Origin: Eledone cirrhosa
Taxonomy: Eukaryota
Assembly (NCBI GenBank): GCA_964016885.1
Contig: OZ024746.1
Span: forward strand, 84,072,001 to 84,136,000
Length of the DNA: 64,000 bases
Direction of reading: 5' to 3'
Position numbers and translations under genes: made by a program. This document shows positions 63,249 to 64,000 of the stretch, in pieces; the first letter of the stretch is position 1; every line of letters starts with the position of its first letter. Below the pieces are notes generated by a model that worked only from the letters and a program-made list of their open reading frames with translations, ran no database searches and was not told the DNA's origin.

Positions 63249-64000
63249 GCTAGTTTTATGGATGAGTGTATCAATTAATTTGAAATACATTTTGGGTATT
63301 CAAATATTCCGTATGAATTGCTTCATTATTTTAAGAATATATTTTTATTCCTTCTCTATTATTTGGATTTTGTTGTTATTTGGTTTGAGCTGGAGGAGAT
63401 TTTGATTTGGCACAATGGATAATTACTAATTTATCCATATATTAATGCTTTTGAAACGTAGAACCTCTTGAATACAGGAAAATAGCTGTGAACACAACTT
63501 ATGAAATTGGGTAAGATACCGCTACAAAGGGAAAAGGTGGCCAGCAGCCGCTACAGAGAATCTTTTATTTTGAAAGGAACCTACTTGTAAATTCTTTCTA
63601 CATCGTATTATCATTTCATTTTTTTTTTTTCAGTCTTTATTATTATAAATTAATTCTGAAATTCCATTGAAAGAATTTCCTGTTTTTTAAGGGAATATGA
63701 AAACCCCAAAACGAAAACCTCCATCTTTATTAATAAAATGAATAAAATGAATAAAGAATAGAAAAGAAAACTTTTTCTTTTCTTTATTGTATTATTAAAT
63801 TTGGGTGTGACTTGATTTTTATTGGTGGCTCTTTTTGTATTTATGTATTCTGAAGAATGCCCTGAATTATAATATATTCCTGACAAGTGTCCACCCTGTC
63901 TTTTTTCACTTTGATATCACATGGCTCCTTTCATTCATTATTGAATCATACGGTCACTGTGGTGATTAATACGGTGTGTCTGAGCATGAAAACCTGGTAG

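Noticed and set aside
59723-63290. Long YI/IY/VC-rich ORFs (also 10422-11035, 46254-46935, 53577-54092, 55596-56699)
   Set aside because: Microsatellites lack stop codons in some frames; there is no protein signal

Overview
This is AT-rich eukaryotic genomic DNA. The very long (TA)n tracts and the tRNA-derived SINE and RTE-type repeats suggest a coleoid cephalopod, probably an octopus (inference). Positions 1617-52341 (+) carry the 3' part of one large intron-rich gene. I read 28 GT-AG exons with fully consistent phases (3758 coding nt, about 1250 aa). They encode 8 tandem C-type lectin domains (CTLDs), Thr/Pro-rich linkers, a transmembrane helix and a cytoplasmic FxNxxY motif, i.e. a macrophage-mannose-receptor-like type I receptor whose 5' end lies upstream of the window. 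Introns and the downstream flank are packed with mobile DNA: more than 20 copies of a tRNA-derived SINE stacked at ATTAT targets, young RTE/RTEX-type LINE 3' fragments with a partner SINE inserted in (TA)n, MITEs, and decayed CRE- and Tx1-like LINEs. There is also a set of short (TA)n-bounded elements carrying minimal hammerhead-ribozyme motifs or fold-back hairpins centred on hammerhead stems, probably Penelope-like relics. Most ORF-track entries are microsatellite or repeat artefacts. Repeat boundaries are approximate.
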